Below, in pieces: positions 9,314-19,441 of a stretch of 64,000 nucleotides of DNA. Within the stretch, counting starts at the first letter, position 1, and the number at the start of each line of letters is the position of its first letter. Below the pieces are notes generated by a model that made no database searches, was not told where the DNA came from, and saw nothing but the letters and a program-made list of their open reading frames with translations. The stretch is from an uncultured Nitrososphaerota archaeon (GTDB lineage Archaea; Thermoproteota; Nitrososphaeria; Nitrososphaerales; Gagatemarchaeaceae), in the NCBI GenBank assembly GCA_963838925.1, contig CAWISW010000002.1, positions 256,001 through 320,000 on the forward strand, read 5' to 3'. The position numbers and the translations under genes are program-made.

Positions 9314-10188
9314 GCTGCCTTCTCCGCCGCGCTGTATATTTCCCTGATGACCGCGCTCGCCCTCTTGCCGGTCTTGTAGGTCTTCGAGAGCCTCGAGAAC
9401 CGCTCGTCGAAGGCCTTCCAGTCCGAGTCCTCCACGGTTGCGAGGACGCCCTTGAGCTCGCGCATCGCAGCGCGGGCTACCTTCCCGGTGTAGGCGTTGC
9501 CTGCCTGGATGGAATACGAGAGCCGGGCGTCCTGCGCGAGTACCGCCTCTGCCAGGGTGAGCTGCATCGACGAGTTGGGGGTCGAGACCCTCATGAACTC
9601 GTCAGGGGTGAGGAACTGCGACACAGTACCAGCGTAGACCATGTTGAGGAGGTGCGTCAGCGACAGCACGACGGCCATCGACCTGTCGTGCTCCTTGCGG
9701 CCCATGGGGACTATCCTCGCTTCCGGGAAGAGCTTCCTCGCGAGGGCAGGCTCCGTCCGCTCTGCACCCCCCTCCTTGGTGGTGATCACCGCGATCTTCA
9801 TCCCCTTCTTCGACTCGAGGGCGGGCCCGAAGAGCGGATGGATTGACAGCAGCCTGGCACGCTTCCCGAGAAGCTCCCTCAGCGCGGGAAGCGTGTCACC
9901 CTTCACGGACGACATCTCCACCAGCGTGGAGCCTGGCTTCAGCCGTCCCGCCACCTCCTTCGCGACCTTCAGTGTGCCGTCCATAGGGACGGCGATTATC
10001 GTGACGTCGCAGCCCCTGACCGCGTCGGAGTTCGTCTCGCAAGGCACGAATCTCCCACAGCCGCCAGATACGGGCTCTCTCTTGCCCCGTCCTGGGTCTG
10101 ATCCCCTGACGGTCGCCCCCTTCTCGAGGAAGTACCGGACGAAGAAGGAGCCCATCCCGCCCGACGCGCCGAGCACGGCGACCCTCAA
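9310..10188 (-). CDS. tyrA: Prephenate/arogenate dehydrogenase
   Basis: Rossmann VAVLGASGGMG, SSVK, HPLFGP, EHDRSMA; TTG start overlaps the upstream stop. Confidence 0.9.
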   Translation of the reverse strand: MRVAVLGASGGMGSFFVRYFLEKGATVRGSDPGRGKREPVSGGCGRFVPCETNSDAVRGCDVTIIAVPMDGTLKVAKEVAGRLKPGSTLVEMSSVKGDTLPALRELLGKRARLLSIHPLFGPALESKKGMKIAVITTKEGGAERTEPALARKLFPEARIVPMGRKEHDRSMAVVLSLTHLLNMVYAGTVSQFLTPDEFMRVSTPNSSMQLTLAEAVLAQDARLSYSIQAGNAYTGKVARAAMRELKGVLATVEDSDWKAFDERFSRLSKTYKTGKRASAVIREIYSAAEKAA

Positions 10189-11609
10189 CTCAGAAGTTCG
10201 CCTATCTTCCTCATCCCCGCGGTTATCGTCTCCTGCGGCTGGCCGAGCGAGAGCCTGAAACACCTCGGGTAGTCGCCGAAGCCCGTCCCCGGGCTGATGG
10301 TCACGCCCTTCTTCTCGAGGAGCTCCATCGCGAAGGCGGACGAGTCGAAGGCCGGGTCCCTGGCCTGGGGGAAGGCGTAGATCGCGCCGTCGGGCTTCAC
10401 GATCTCGAGCGCCCCTATCTTCTCCAGCTCCAGGGTGGTGGCGTCGATCCGCTCCTTCATGACCCTGGAGTTGCGCGACACCTCGTCGTGGCACTCCAGG
10501 GCCTTCGCGGCCCCGCGCTGTATGAACTCAGGCACGCACGTGATCATCAGCCCCAGGATCTTCAGCATCCTCGCGCTCGTCTCCGCCGGGGCTAGAGAGT
10601 ACCCGACCCTGAACCCGGTCATGCTCCAGGCCTTGGAGAACGACGAGGTGAGGATGTATCGCTTCGGGAGGTCCTCTAGGATGGTGGGGCAGGGCTTGTA
10701 CGCGTAGTCGTTGTAGATCTCGTCGCTTATCACCGTGAGGCCGCGCTCGTCGGCGATCTCGACTATCTCCTTGAACCTCGCCTTGCTCATTATCCTCCCC
10801 GTGGGGTTGGCCGGGTAGCTGAGCACGATGGCCTTAGTGTTGGGTCTTATCGCCGCCTTCACCCTCTCCGGGGACGGTTCCCACATCTCCTCCATCGTCG
10901 TGTGTATCGTGATCGCCCGCGCCCCGATGTAGTCGAGCCCCTCCTTGTACGCCGGCCAGTTCGGCTCGACCACGATGACGCTGTCCCCCTCAGAGGCCAC
11001 GGTGGCTAGCGCGGAGTACACGGCGAACCTCCCGCCGGGTGTGACGAGAAGCTGGTTGTCCGCCGCCTCCCTGTAGCGGTATCGGGTCGCCAGGTGGGTG
11101 CGCAGCGCGTCGAGGAGCTCCGGGATTCCCCTCCCGACGGTGTAGTACGTCTTGTACGAATAGAGCGCGTTGGACACCGCGTCGAGGACCGCCTTCGGCG
11201 GGCGAAAGTCCGGCTCCCCCACGTCGAGGCGGATGAGCTTCTTCCCGCTCCTCTCTATCTCGGTGGCCTTGGCCATCATCACCATCGGCGTGATCAGCGG
11301 TTGCTGCTTGCCCCCTCCGTGCGCGCGCTGGGCCTTCTTGGACTCTTTGAGCAGGGTGCTCAGGATCTTTGCCCCGAGCTCCTGGTCGAGGCCCAGCCTC
11401 TTGCACTCCCTGATGACGTCCTCGAGGAGCGCGTCCTCCACCTTCTCGTTGTCTATCGGGAGCGACTCCCTGCTCTTGACCTCGCCGATCTTCTTCGCGA
11501 GCCCCGCCCTCTTGGCCACGAGCTTGATGATCTCCTTGGTGGTTGCCGCCACCTCTTCGCGCAGTTCCTGGAGCTCCGCCCCTGCCTGCTCCGCTTCGCT
11601 ACTTGTCAA
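10185..11609 (-). CDS. Chorismate mutase (AroQ) fused to class I/II PLP aminotransferase
   Basis: N-terminal LREEV..IIKLVAKRA.LA.KIGEVK....PI...E; C-terminal GEPDF, PANPTG, SDEIY, SFSKAWSMTGFRVG. Confidence 0.9.
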   Translation of the reverse strand: MTSSEAEQAGAELQELREEVAATTKEIIKLVAKRAGLAKKIGEVKSRESLPIDNEKVEDALLEDVIRECKRLGLDQELGAKILSTLLKESKKAQRAHGGGKQQPLITPMVMMAKATEIERSGKKLIRLDVGEPDFRPPKAVLDAVSNALYSYKTYYTVGRGIPELLDALRTHLATRYRYREAADNQLLVTPGGRFAVYSALATVASEGDSVIVVEPNWPAYKEGLDYIGARAITIHTTMEEMWEPSPERVKAAIRPNTKAIVLSYPANPTGRIMSKARFKEIVEIADERGLTVISDEIYNDYAYKPCPTILEDLPKRYILTSSFSKAWSMTGFRVGYSLAPAETSARMLKILGLMITCVPEFIQRGAAKALECHDEVSRNSRVMKERIDATTLELEKIGALEIVKPDGAIYAFPQARDPAFDSSAFAMELLEKKGVTISPGTGFGDYPRCFRLSLGQPQETITAGMRKIGELLS

Positions 11610-12735
11610 GGCTCTTCCCCCTTCCTCCAAGGACGGGTGAGATAAAGCCGGCTCTTATCGCGTGGTCCGCGAGCACAATCGCCGTGCAGCACTCGACTAT
11701 GGGCACCGCGCGAGGGACGACCACGGGGTCGTGCCTCCCTGGCACAACCATCTCCACCTGCCTCTTCTTCGCGAGGTCGACGGTCTTCTGCCTCTTCGCG
11801 ATCGAAGCGGGCGGCTTGAAGGCGAGCCTGTACACGAGGGGCATCCCGCTGGAGACGCCTCCGATTATCCCGCCCGAGTTGTTGGTCTCGGTGGAGACCC
11901 GCCCGCTCTTGTCGATGTAGTACTGGTCGTTGTTCTCGCTGCCCTTCAGCCGTGCGGAGGAGAAGCCAGAGCCGAACTCCACGCCTTTCACCGCGGGGAT
12001 GGAGAGCGCCATCTGGGCGAGGTCGGAGTCCAGCGAGTTGAAGACCGGTTCCCCCAGGCCGATGGGGAGGTTGAGGGCCACGCACTCCACGATGCCGCCC
12101 AAGCTGTCTCCCTCTCCCCTGCTCTTGATCACCATCTGCTTCATCCTCTCGGCGAGCTTGAGGTCGGGGCTCCTCACGTCGTTGGAGTACCTGTTCTTCC
12201 GGGCGTCGTCGAGGGTGAAGCCCTCCGCCCTCAGCCCCCCCAGCTCGAGGGTGTAGGCGATTATCTCGATCCCAAGCGTCTCCTTCAGGAGCTTCTTGGC
12301 GACCGCCCCCGCCATGACGAAGCCTGCCGTCACCCTCGCGGAGGCCCTCCCGCTGCCTCTGTAGTCGTTGAAGCCCCCGTACTTTGTGCGGTGCGTCAGG
12401 TCGGCGTGGCTGGGTCGGGGGGTGTTGACCATCGCCTCGTACGAGCGCGAGTCGACGTCGAGGTTCCGGATCATCATCATGACAGGGGCTCCGGTCGTGC
12501 GCCCGTTGAAGACCCCCGACATTATCTCGACGACGTCCCCCTCCTTCCTCTGCGTCGTCACTATGGACTGGCCCGGCCTCCTGAGGTCGAGGTCGGGCTG
12601 GATGTCGCCCTCGGAGAGCGCCAGCCCGGCGGGCACCCCATCGACCACGGTCCCTACCCCCTTACCGTGGCTCTCGCCGAAGCTCACGACGACGAACCTC
12701 TCGCCGAATATGTTGCCTGGCATCCCTCTCGCCAC
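11599..12735 (-). CDS. aroC: Chorismate synthase
   Basis: FGESHG, PRPSHAD, RASARVTA, SIPAVKGVEFG, GRHDP. Confidence 0.97.
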   Translation of the reverse strand: MARGMPGNIFGERFVVVSFGESHGKGVGTVVDGVPAGLALSEGDIQPDLDLRRPGQSIVTTQRKEGDVVEIMSGVFNGRTTGAPVMMMIRNLDVDSRSYEAMVNTPRPSHADLTHRTKYGGFNDYRGSGRASARVTAGFVMAGAVAKKLLKETLGIEIIAYTLELGGLRAEGFTLDDARKNRYSNDVRSPDLKLAERMKQMVIKSRGEGDSLGGIVECVALNLPIGLGEPVFNSLDSDLAQMALSIPAVKGVEFGSGFSSARLKGSENNDQYYIDKSGRVSTETNNSGGIIGGVSSGMPLVYRLAFKPPASIAKRQKTVDLAKKRQVEMVVPGRHDPVVVPRAVPIVECCTAIVLADHAIRAGFISPVLGGRGKSLDK

Positions 12736-12739
12736 TCCA

Positions 12740-14062
12740 CTACTCGCTCTTTACCTTCGCCCCGAGCCTCTTGATGTCCTCGAGGAAGGTGGGGTATGAG
12801 ACGTCGAGGCTCTCCGCCCCCACGATGGGGGTCCCTCCTGGGATGAGCATCGAGGCCAGGGAGAAGGCCATGAACATCCTGTGGTCGTCGTGCGCGTCCA
12901 AGGGAGCCGCCTCCAGCTTGGCCTTCTGCGGGAGGATCTTCAAGCCGTCTTGCCTCTCCTTCACGTTCACGCCGAGCTTCGAGAGCTCTTTCGCCACTAT
13001 CGCTATCCTGTCAGTCTCCTTGAACCGAGCGTGGGCTGTCCCCACGATCTCGACGGGCGTGTCGCACCTGAGGGCCAGCGCCGCGACCACCGGGAGGAGG
13101 TCGGGGGTGTCGCCGAGGTCGAACCTCCCTCCGCGGAGCCTTTCTCCGTCCGAGGAGACGACGAGCGCGCCCTTCTCCTCTGCCACCTCCGCGCCCATGA
13201 GCTTGACTATCCGCGTTATGCGCGCGTCCCCCTGGGGCAGGCTCGCGTCGAGGTTCTCGATCCTCACCCTCCCCCCTATCATCGCGACGGCCGCCACAAT
13301 GAACGACGCCGAGCTGAAGTCCGCGGGCACGGAGAAGTCCACGGCGCGGTACTCCTGCCCCGATGGGACCTCGAACTCCGAGTATCCCTTCTTCCTCACC
13401 TTCACGCCGAACAGCTCCGCGAGCTTGAGGGTCATGTCGATGTACGGCCTCGAGACCGCGTCCGCGACCTTCAGGTTAGTGTCCATCTCGGCCAACGGGC
13501 TCGAGACGAGCAGCGAGGAGACGAACTGGGAGGAGACGTCCCCCCTGATCGACGCTCGCCCGCCCCTCATCCCGCCCGCCCTCACGACCACGGGCGCGCA
13601 CCCGTTCCCTGTCGTGCTCCATGCCTGCACGCCCAGCTGGCCGAGGGCGTCGAGGAGCGGCTGCATAGGTCTCCGCCTGATGCTGGAGTCGCCTGTGAGC
13701 ACCACGAAGCCGTCCGGGGCGAGAGAGAAGGCCGATGTCATGAACCTCAGCGTCGTCCCAGAGTTTTCGACGTTCACGACGTCGCCTGGGACCTTGGGGC
13801 TCGTCCCCTTGATGGCTAGGACCCGCTCTCGCCTCTCCATGGCGGCCCCCATCGCGGCGCACGCGTCTACCGTGGCGTTGGTGTCGCGGGAGAGCAATGG
13901 GTTGCGGATTGTCGAGCCCCTTCCTCCCTTGTCCACCGCCAGGCTGGCCATGAGCACCGCCCTGTGGGTGTAGCTCTTGCTCGGGGGGACAGAGACGCTG
14001 CCGGTCAGCGGCCCTGCCGACAGGACTCGGGTCGCCCCTTGGACGCTCGCGCTCCTAGCCAA
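12740..14062 (-). CDS. aroA: EPSP synthase
   Basis: SKSYTHRA, ENSGTTLR, SSQFVS, KETDRI, DHRMFM. Confidence 0.96.
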   Translation of the reverse strand: MARSASVQGATRVLSAGPLTGSVSVPPSKSYTHRAVLMASLAVDKGGRGSTIRNPLLSRDTNATVDACAAMGAAMERRERVLAIKGTSPKVPGDVVNVENSGTTLRFMTSAFSLAPDGFVVLTGDSSIRRRPMQPLLDALGQLGVQAWSTTGNGCAPVVVRAGGMRGGRASIRGDVSSQFVSSLLVSSPLAEMDTNLKVADAVSRPYIDMTLKLAELFGVKVRKKGYSEFEVPSGQEYRAVDFSVPADFSSASFIVAAVAMIGGRVRIENLDASLPQGDARITRIVKLMGAEVAEEKGALVVSSDGERLRGGRFDLGDTPDLLPVVAALALRCDTPVEIVGTAHARFKETDRIAIVAKELSKLGVNVKERQDGLKILPQKAKLEAAPLDAHDDHRMFMAFSLASMLIPGGTPIVGAESLDVSYPTFLEDIKRLGAKVKSE

Positions 14063-14947
14063 CTGCGAGGAGCCTCCCGTGCTCGTTGTTCGTCTCGGTC
14101 TCGATCACAGCGCCGACCTCGGCCGCCCAGTCCTTCGCCAGGGCGTCAAAGTCGGCTTGCTTCGAGGGGTCGAAGACCGCGGCGACCGCAGGCCCGGTCC
14201 CCGAGAGCCCAGCCCCCAAAGCGCCTAGTTCCACGGCACGGAGCGCCGGGTACGGGTCGTATTTGAGGATGGAAGAGTAGGCCATCCCGTTCAAGACCAT
14301 CGCCCTCCAGTAGTCTCCCTTGAGGCTCATCTCGAAGAACAGGCTGGTGAGGCCGCCGAACCTCCTGATGAACTCGGGGTCGACGCTCTCCCTCCTGCTC
14401 CTCACCTTGGGCACCACGACCAGCACCTTGAGCTTCTTGTCGAACAGCCTCGAGCTCACGACCTTCCGTCCGAGGTTGTCCGTCATGTTCAGCCCTCCTA
14501 GTACGCAAGCTGCAGCGTCGTCCAGCGCGCCGGTGATGCTGGCGCCGCTGGCCATCGACGCCTCGACGCTGCAGTCCATGACCTTCTTTGGGTCGAAGGC
14601 CTTCTGACCGAGGGCGGCGAACACGCCCATGGCGATGGCCGTCGACGAAGCCGAGGAGGTCTTGAGCCCGACCCCGATCGGGACGCTCGACGACGTGCTT
14701 ACCGCTCCGCAGTAGGCGCCGGGTCCTTCCCCGCGATCTTCATTGCGCTCCGAACGGTCTCGACCGCGAGCCGAGACTCCGACCTCCTTCCGTTGACCTT
14801 GACCTCCCACGTCCCGGGCGAGTCTTCCACCTCCACCTCCGCCTCCGTCGTGAGCCTGACGCTGGCGGTGGCCCCCTTTCCGCAGGCTATCGCGTTGACT
14901 ATGCTGATCGCCCCGAAGGTCTGGGCCCTCGCCCTGGCGTAGGTCAT
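14055..14947 (-). pseudogene. aroK: Archaeal GHMP-type shikimate kinase interrupted by a 1-nt frameshift near 14720-14732 (possibly a sequencing error)
   Basis: N-terminal GAISIVNAIACGKG in one frame (stop at 14699); PIGVGLKTSSA, ITGALDDA and LSGTGP in the next frame. Span is 893 nt, one short of 298 codons. Confidence 0.85.
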
Positions 14948-15813
14948 CTCTTCCCCCGGCCCCCCTTCGGCCTTTTCAAGGCTCCCCCGGAGGAACCCGC
15001 GAGCGCCTTCCTCATCGCCTTCTCCGGGGCTTCCTTCCCGGTCCAAAGCCTGAATGCGGCCATCCCCTGGTGCAGGAGCATCTCCTCGCCATGTATGACC
15101 TTGGACCCGTTCCTCTTCGCCTCTGCCAGGAGCTTGGTCTCCTTCGGTCGGTAGACGGCGTCGAACACGACCTTGGTCCCGGGGAGCACTCGCTTCAGCT
15201 CCTTGGGGAGCGCCTCGCCGCCCGCCCCCATGGGCGATGCGTTGAAGACCAGGTCGTGGTTGAGGTGGCGCAGGTCGTCCATCGAGGCCAGGGTGAGGTT
15301 CATCCGGGGGAACGCCTTCTCCATGTCGCTAACAAACCGGAGCGCCCGCTCCTTGTCCCTGACCGCCACCGCGACGTCGATGCAGCCCATCCTGTTCATT
15401 GCCTCGCAGAATGCGCGGGCTGCCCCGCCGGCTCCCACCAGCATCGAGTTCCTGATGTCGAGGGACGCCGCGACCGCCTTCAACGGCCCCTCGATCCCGT
15501 CCGGGTCGGTGTTGTGGCCGAGGTAGCGCCCGTCCGCCTCCATCGTCACGGTGTTGACCGCCTGTATCCTGGTCGCGACCGCGTCCAGGCCGCCCAGCCA
15601 GGGGATCACGGCCGCCTTGAAGGGGATCGTGACGTTCATCCCCTTGATCCTTGACGCCATCAGGCGCCCCAGCTCGCGGACGAACGAGCTCTCCGAAACG
15701 CTCACGCTGGTGTACTCGGCGTCGATGCGAAGGAACCGGAAGGCGGCGTTCATCATGGCCGGCGACGGAGAGCGTGAGACGTCCCTCCCGATCACGCAGT
15801 ACCTGTCCGTCAT
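14944..15813 (-). CDS. aroE: Shikimate dehydrogenase
   Basis: SPSP, NVTIPFK, AVNT, NTD, GAGGAARA, DAVYRP. Confidence 0.95.
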   Translation of the reverse strand: MTDRYCVIGRDVSRSPSPAMMNAAFRFLRIDAEYTSVSVSESSFVRELGRLMASRIKGMNVTIPFKAAVIPWLGGLDAVATRIQAVNTVTMEADGRYLGHNTDPDGIEGPLKAVAASLDIRNSMLVGAGGAARAFCEAMNRMGCIDVAVAVRDKERALRFVSDMEKAFPRMNLTLASMDDLRHLNHDLVFNASPMGAGGEALPKELKRVLPGTKVVFDAVYRPKETKLLAEAKRNGSKVIHGEEMLLHQGMAAFRLWTGKEAPEKAMRKALAGSSGGALKRPKGGRGKR

Positions 15814-15817
15814 CTTT

Positions 15818-16507
15818 TCAGGCTACCATTCTCCGGAGCTGCTTCATCGTGGAGACGGAGAGCTGCCCGGGCGCGACTGCCTCGTTCGGCATGGACGCGT
15901 AGACCAGGGGCGTGCCCGTCCGCATCGCGACGACGCGCGAGACCGTCCCCAGCTCCCCCATGCAGAAGGAGATCACCCTCCCGGGTCTCTCCTCGCTGAG
16001 GGCTAGGGTCGTGAGGTTGTCCTCGGCGCTCCTGGCGGTGGTGACGACCTTGGCCAGCGAGCCAAAGCCGAGCTCCTCGCGGCAGATAGACCGCAGCTCC
16101 TTCAGCGCGGGAGTGTCCTTGAAGTCGTGCCAGGAGACTATCCTCTTCACCGCCTTCGGCAGCAACTTCACCCAGTCCTTGTTCTCCCTCGCTGTGTCGA
16201 GCTCTATGTCGAGAAACGCCGGCTTCATGCCAGCCAGTCTAGAGATGAGGTCGAGGCGGTGGGACTCGCTTCCCATGAAGCCGCCTCCCTCCCTGCTCGA
16301 CCTGACGGTGATGATGGCCCGCCTCGAGAAGACCGAGAGTTCTGACTCGAGCACGCTCATGGCCTCGCCCCCCGTCAGCCTGTCTATGCGGAACTCGACG
16401 AGGTCGGAGCCGAGCGAGAACGCGGCCTTCGCCTTCTTCGCCATCTCCCCGGGGGAGTCCGCCACGACCGACGTGCAGAGCTTGGGCGCGCCCTTCCTCT
16501 TCGCCAA
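15818..16507 (-). CDS. aroD: Type I 3-dehydroquinate dehydratase
   Basis: VEFRID, TVR...EGG, SWHDF, MGELG.VSR, APGQ. Confidence 0.93.
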   Translation of the reverse strand: MAKRKGAPKLCTSVVADSPGEMAKKAKAAFSLGSDLVEFRIDRLTGGEAMSVLESELSVFSRRAIITVRSSREGGGFMGSESHRLDLISRLAGMKPAFLDIELDTARENKDWVKLLPKAVKRIVSWHDFKDTPALKELRSICREELGFGSLAKVVTTARSAEDNLTTLALSEERPGRVISFCMGELGTVSRVVAMRTGTPLVYASMPNEAVAPGQLSVSTMKQLRRMVA

Positions 16508-16544
16508 CGGCGCTCACCGCGCCGCCCGCGCTTGCCCTGCCTGG

Positions 16545-17576
16545 CTAGCGCTCGACAATGAACTCGTCGACCTCACCGCCGAAGTGCCTTCCCTTGGCCT
16601 GTCCGGCCACATGGACGAGTATCTCGTCTCCCTCCTTAGCCTCGGTTATCGCGAGCGGGGCCCCGTCTGGGCGGACCAGCCTGATGGTCTCCGCGTTCTG
16701 GAGCATCGCCGTCCCCTCCTGGCCGCCCACCTCCGCCTCTATCATCACCAAGGGCCTTCTCTCCATCTTGATGCGCCCCACGATGGCGTCCCGCCTGGCG
16801 CCCGACTTGTCGACCAGCTGGACCTTGTCGCCGCTCCTGAGCTCCGAGAGGTATCGCGTCTTGCCGTCGACCCCTAGGATGTAGCTGTGGAGCGCCCCCG
16901 CGTTGACCCGAAATGGGCGGGTCGGGATGTACTCCGTCGGCACGGTCTCGCTGTGCACGAGGAAGAAGAAGCTCGCCATGCTCCCTATCAGCATGCCCTC
17001 CCCGAGCCCCAGCTGGGACGCTGTGTCTATGCAGACCCTCTCCCCGTCGCCGACGTCCACTATCCGCTTGATCCTTGCCTTCTCGAGCGGCAGGCCGCGC
17101 CCCTTGCTTAGGGCGGCCGATGTCATCTTGGAGATCAGCTCCTTGGAGGCCTTCAGCGAGGAGTACGGGACCACTACGCCGTCCACCCCCTTCTCCAGTA
17201 TCGAGAACGCGAGCTTGATGTCGCTCTCCGACTTCATGAACGCGTAGATCCTGCGGCGCTTCCGCCTGAACTCGCCTATCAGGTTCTCGAGCGGGATGAT
17301 CTTCCAGTTGGTGCAGTCGACCACCACGAACTTGTAATCCTTCTGCAGGGATGAGTCGACGGCGCGGTCGAGGTCCTTCGACCCCTTGACCTCCACCCAA
17401 ACAAAGTCCCCGTCCTTCTCCCTGTACTCGTGGAGCCCCCCCGCCCCTTCGAGCGGCTTCGACTGACCGCGTGTCAGGACGGCCCCTATCCCCGCAGCCT
17501 TCGCCTCCTTCAGCGCCCTTGCGATGTCTTGGATGTCGGTGACGTCGAGGACTATCTCCTTCTCAGGCGTTGGCAG
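16545..17576 (-). CDS. 3-dehydroquinate synthase II (AroB'), probable CTG start
   Basis: WKIIPLENLI, GERVCIDT, RPFRVNAG, LQNAETI, GRHFG; frame stays open 60 codons upstream of GTG 17396, to CTG 17576 preceded by GGAGGT. Confidence 0.9.
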   Translation of the reverse strand: MPTPEKEIVLDVTDIQDIARALKEAKAAGIGAVLTRGQSKPLEGAGGLHEYREKDGDFVWVEVKGSKDLDRAVDSSLQKDYKFVVVDCTNWKIIPLENLIGEFRRKRRRIYAFMKSESDIKLAFSILEKGVDGVVVPYSSLKASKELISKMTSAALSKGRGLPLEKARIKRIVDVGDGERVCIDTASQLGLGEGMLIGSMASFFFLVHSETVPTEYIPTRPFRVNAGALHSYILGVDGKTRYLSELRSGDKVQLVDKSGARRDAIVGRIKMERRPLVMIEAEVGGQEGTAMLQNAETIRLVRPDGAPLAITEAKEGDEILVHVAGQAKGRHFGGEVDEFIVER

Positions 17577-18357
17577 CGCTCATGACCTCCATCGCCTCCT
17601 CGACGCTGCTCCTTTCTATCACTATCCTTCTCAACGCCCTCACGATCAGGGTCGGGTCGCGGTGCTGGAAGACGTTCCTTCCGAAGGTCACTCCCATCGC
17701 CCCGGCCTCCATGACGTCGTCAGCGAGCTTGAGTATCTCTGCGTCCGATTCCACCTTCGCCCCGCCGGCGAGCACCACCGGGACGGGGCACTTTCTGACC
17801 ACTTCCCTGAAGCTCTCCTTGTCTCCCGTGTAGACGGTCTTGACGATGTCGGCCCCGCTCTCCGCCCCCACCCTCGCCACGTGCGCCACGACCTCGGGGT
17901 CGGAGGGGTCCTTGACGTTCTCGCCGCGCGGGTACATCATCGCGATGAAAGGGATCTGGTAGTTGTCGCAGTGGTCTGCCACCATCCCCAGCTGCTCGAG
18001 CATCTCGGGCTCCTCCTTCGAGCCCATGTTGACGTGGATGGAGATCGCGTCGGCCCCCAGCCTCACTCCCTCCAGGACCGAGGCGCACAGCATCTTCCGG
18101 TTGGGGGCCAGGCTCAGGTGCGTGCTCGCGGAGGCGTGCATTATCATCCCGGTCGAGACCGGCTTCTTCAGGGCCTTGATTATCCCCTTGTGGACCAAGA
18201 ATGCGGTCGCCCCGCCCTTCGCCACCTTCACTATCATCTCCTCGGGGTTCTCGAGACCTTCGATGGGCCCTATCGTGAAGGAGTGGTCCATGGGGATGCA
18301 GAGCATCCTCCCGTTCTTCGTTATCCTGTTCAACCTGACTTGCTTTCCAAAGACCAA
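17563..18357 (-). CDS. 2-amino-3,7-dideoxy-D-threo-hept-6-ulosonate synthase (AroA', class I aldolase)
   Basis: PMDH, HKG, MYPRG, GADIVKTVYTG, AGG, GRNVFQ; adjacent to AroB'. Confidence 0.92.
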   Translation of the reverse strand: MVFGKQVRLNRITKNGRMLCIPMDHSFTIGPIEGLENPEEMIVKVAKGGATAFLVHKGIIKALKKPVSTGMIMHASASTHLSLAPNRKMLCASVLEGVRLGADAISIHVNMGSKEEPEMLEQLGMVADHCDNYQIPFIAMMYPRGENVKDPSDPEVVAHVARVGAESGADIVKTVYTGDKESFREVVRKCPVPVVLAGGAKVESDAEILKLADDVMEAGAMGVTFGRNVFQHRDPTLIVRALRRIVIERSSVEEAMEVMSAANA

Positions 18358-18367
18358 CTTGTTCCAC

Positions 18368-19441
18368 CTAGTTCCCCAGGTATCCTTCCCGCTCCATGAG
18401 CTCCGCTGTGAGTATCGCCGTGCCCGCCGCCCCCCTGATCGTGTTGTGAGAGAGCAAGGTGAGCTGGAGGGACTTGCGGTCGATCCCGCTCCTGACCCTC
18501 CCGACCACCACGCTCATCCCGGGGACGCTCCCAGCCATCCTGTCGAGCCGGGGCTGCGGCCTGTCGTTCTCCTTCCTGACGATGATCGGCCGGTCGGGGG
18601 CCGTGGGGAGCTTGAGCCTCTGGGGCTCTCCCCTGAACCTGCTGAGGGACCTTACGGCTGCCGCCGGGGTGATCTCGTGGGCGAACTCGGCGTAGAGCGT
18701 CTCCAGGTGCCCGTCGATTACCGCGACCCTGTTGCACGAGATCCCCATGCTGAGGGGGCTGGGCTTTATCGCGCCGTTCTTGTACGTCCCAAGGATCTTC
18801 TTCGCCTCCGCCGCGACCTTCTCCTCCTCGTTCTTGATGTAGGGGATCACGTTCTCCTGGATCGAGAGCGAGGGCACGCCTGGGAACCCGGCTCCAGATA
18901 GGGCCTGCATGGTCGTCACTATGGCCTTCCTTGCCCCGAACTCGTCGACGAGCGGCTTCAGGACCATCGACAGACCCGTACCCGTGCAGTTGGGGGTCGT
19001 GGCGATAGCACCCTTCCACCCTCGCTTCTTCTTCTGGGACTCTAGGAGTTGGAGATGGTCCGCGTTGATCTCCGGGATCATGAGCGGGACGTCGGCGTCC
19101 ATGCGGTGGGCGCTCGCTTCGCTGACAACCGTGAACCCTGCCTCTGCGAACTTGGCCTCGACCTCCGCCGCGACCTCAGAGGGGAGGGCAGAGAAGACGA
19201 TGTCGCACCCCTTCGCGGACTCTGGCTTAGCCTGGCGCACCACCTTCTCGGCCATCGCCGGGTCGATAGCGTCCGGGAAGAGCCACCTGACCGCCTGGCC
19301 GTACTTCTTGCCGGCGGACTCACCGCCCATCAGCACCTCGAGGTGGAGGTACGGGTGCTTGGGGAGCATGTTGATGTACCGCTGCCCTACCGCTCCCGTC
19401 GCGCCGAGGAGCGCGGCCTTCACCTCTCTTCGTCTGGTCAT
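18368..19441 (-). CDS. asd: Aspartate-semialdehyde dehydrogenase (archaeal/fungal type)
   Basis: LGATGAVGQR, PNCT, QALSGAG, EEEK, GH.E, SHNTIRGAAG; ATG 19441 overlaps the lysC stop. Confidence 0.95.
   Translation of the reverse strand: MTRRREVKAALLGATGAVGQRYINMLPKHPYLHLEVLMGGESAGKKYGQAVRWLFPDAIDPAMAEKVVRQAKPESAKGCDIVFSALPSEVAAEVEAKFAEAGFTVVSEASAHRMDADVPLMIPEINADHLQLLESQKKKRGWKGAIATTPNCTGTGLSMVLKPLVDEFGARKAIVTTMQALSGAGFPGVPSLSIQENVIPYIKNEEEKVAAEAKKILGTYKNGAIKPSPLSMGISCNRVAVIDGHLETLYAEFAHEITPAAAVRSLSRFRGEPQRLKLPTAPDRPIIVRKENDRPQPRLDRMAGSVPGMSVVVGRVRSGIDRKSLQLTLLSHNTIRGAAGTAILTAELMEREGYLGN

Noticed and set aside
14699-14740. Programmed -1 frameshift in aroK as a regulatory device
   Set aside because: No canonical slippery heptamer; a second similar indel at 28320 favours sequencing error, so it is kept only as a low-interest finding
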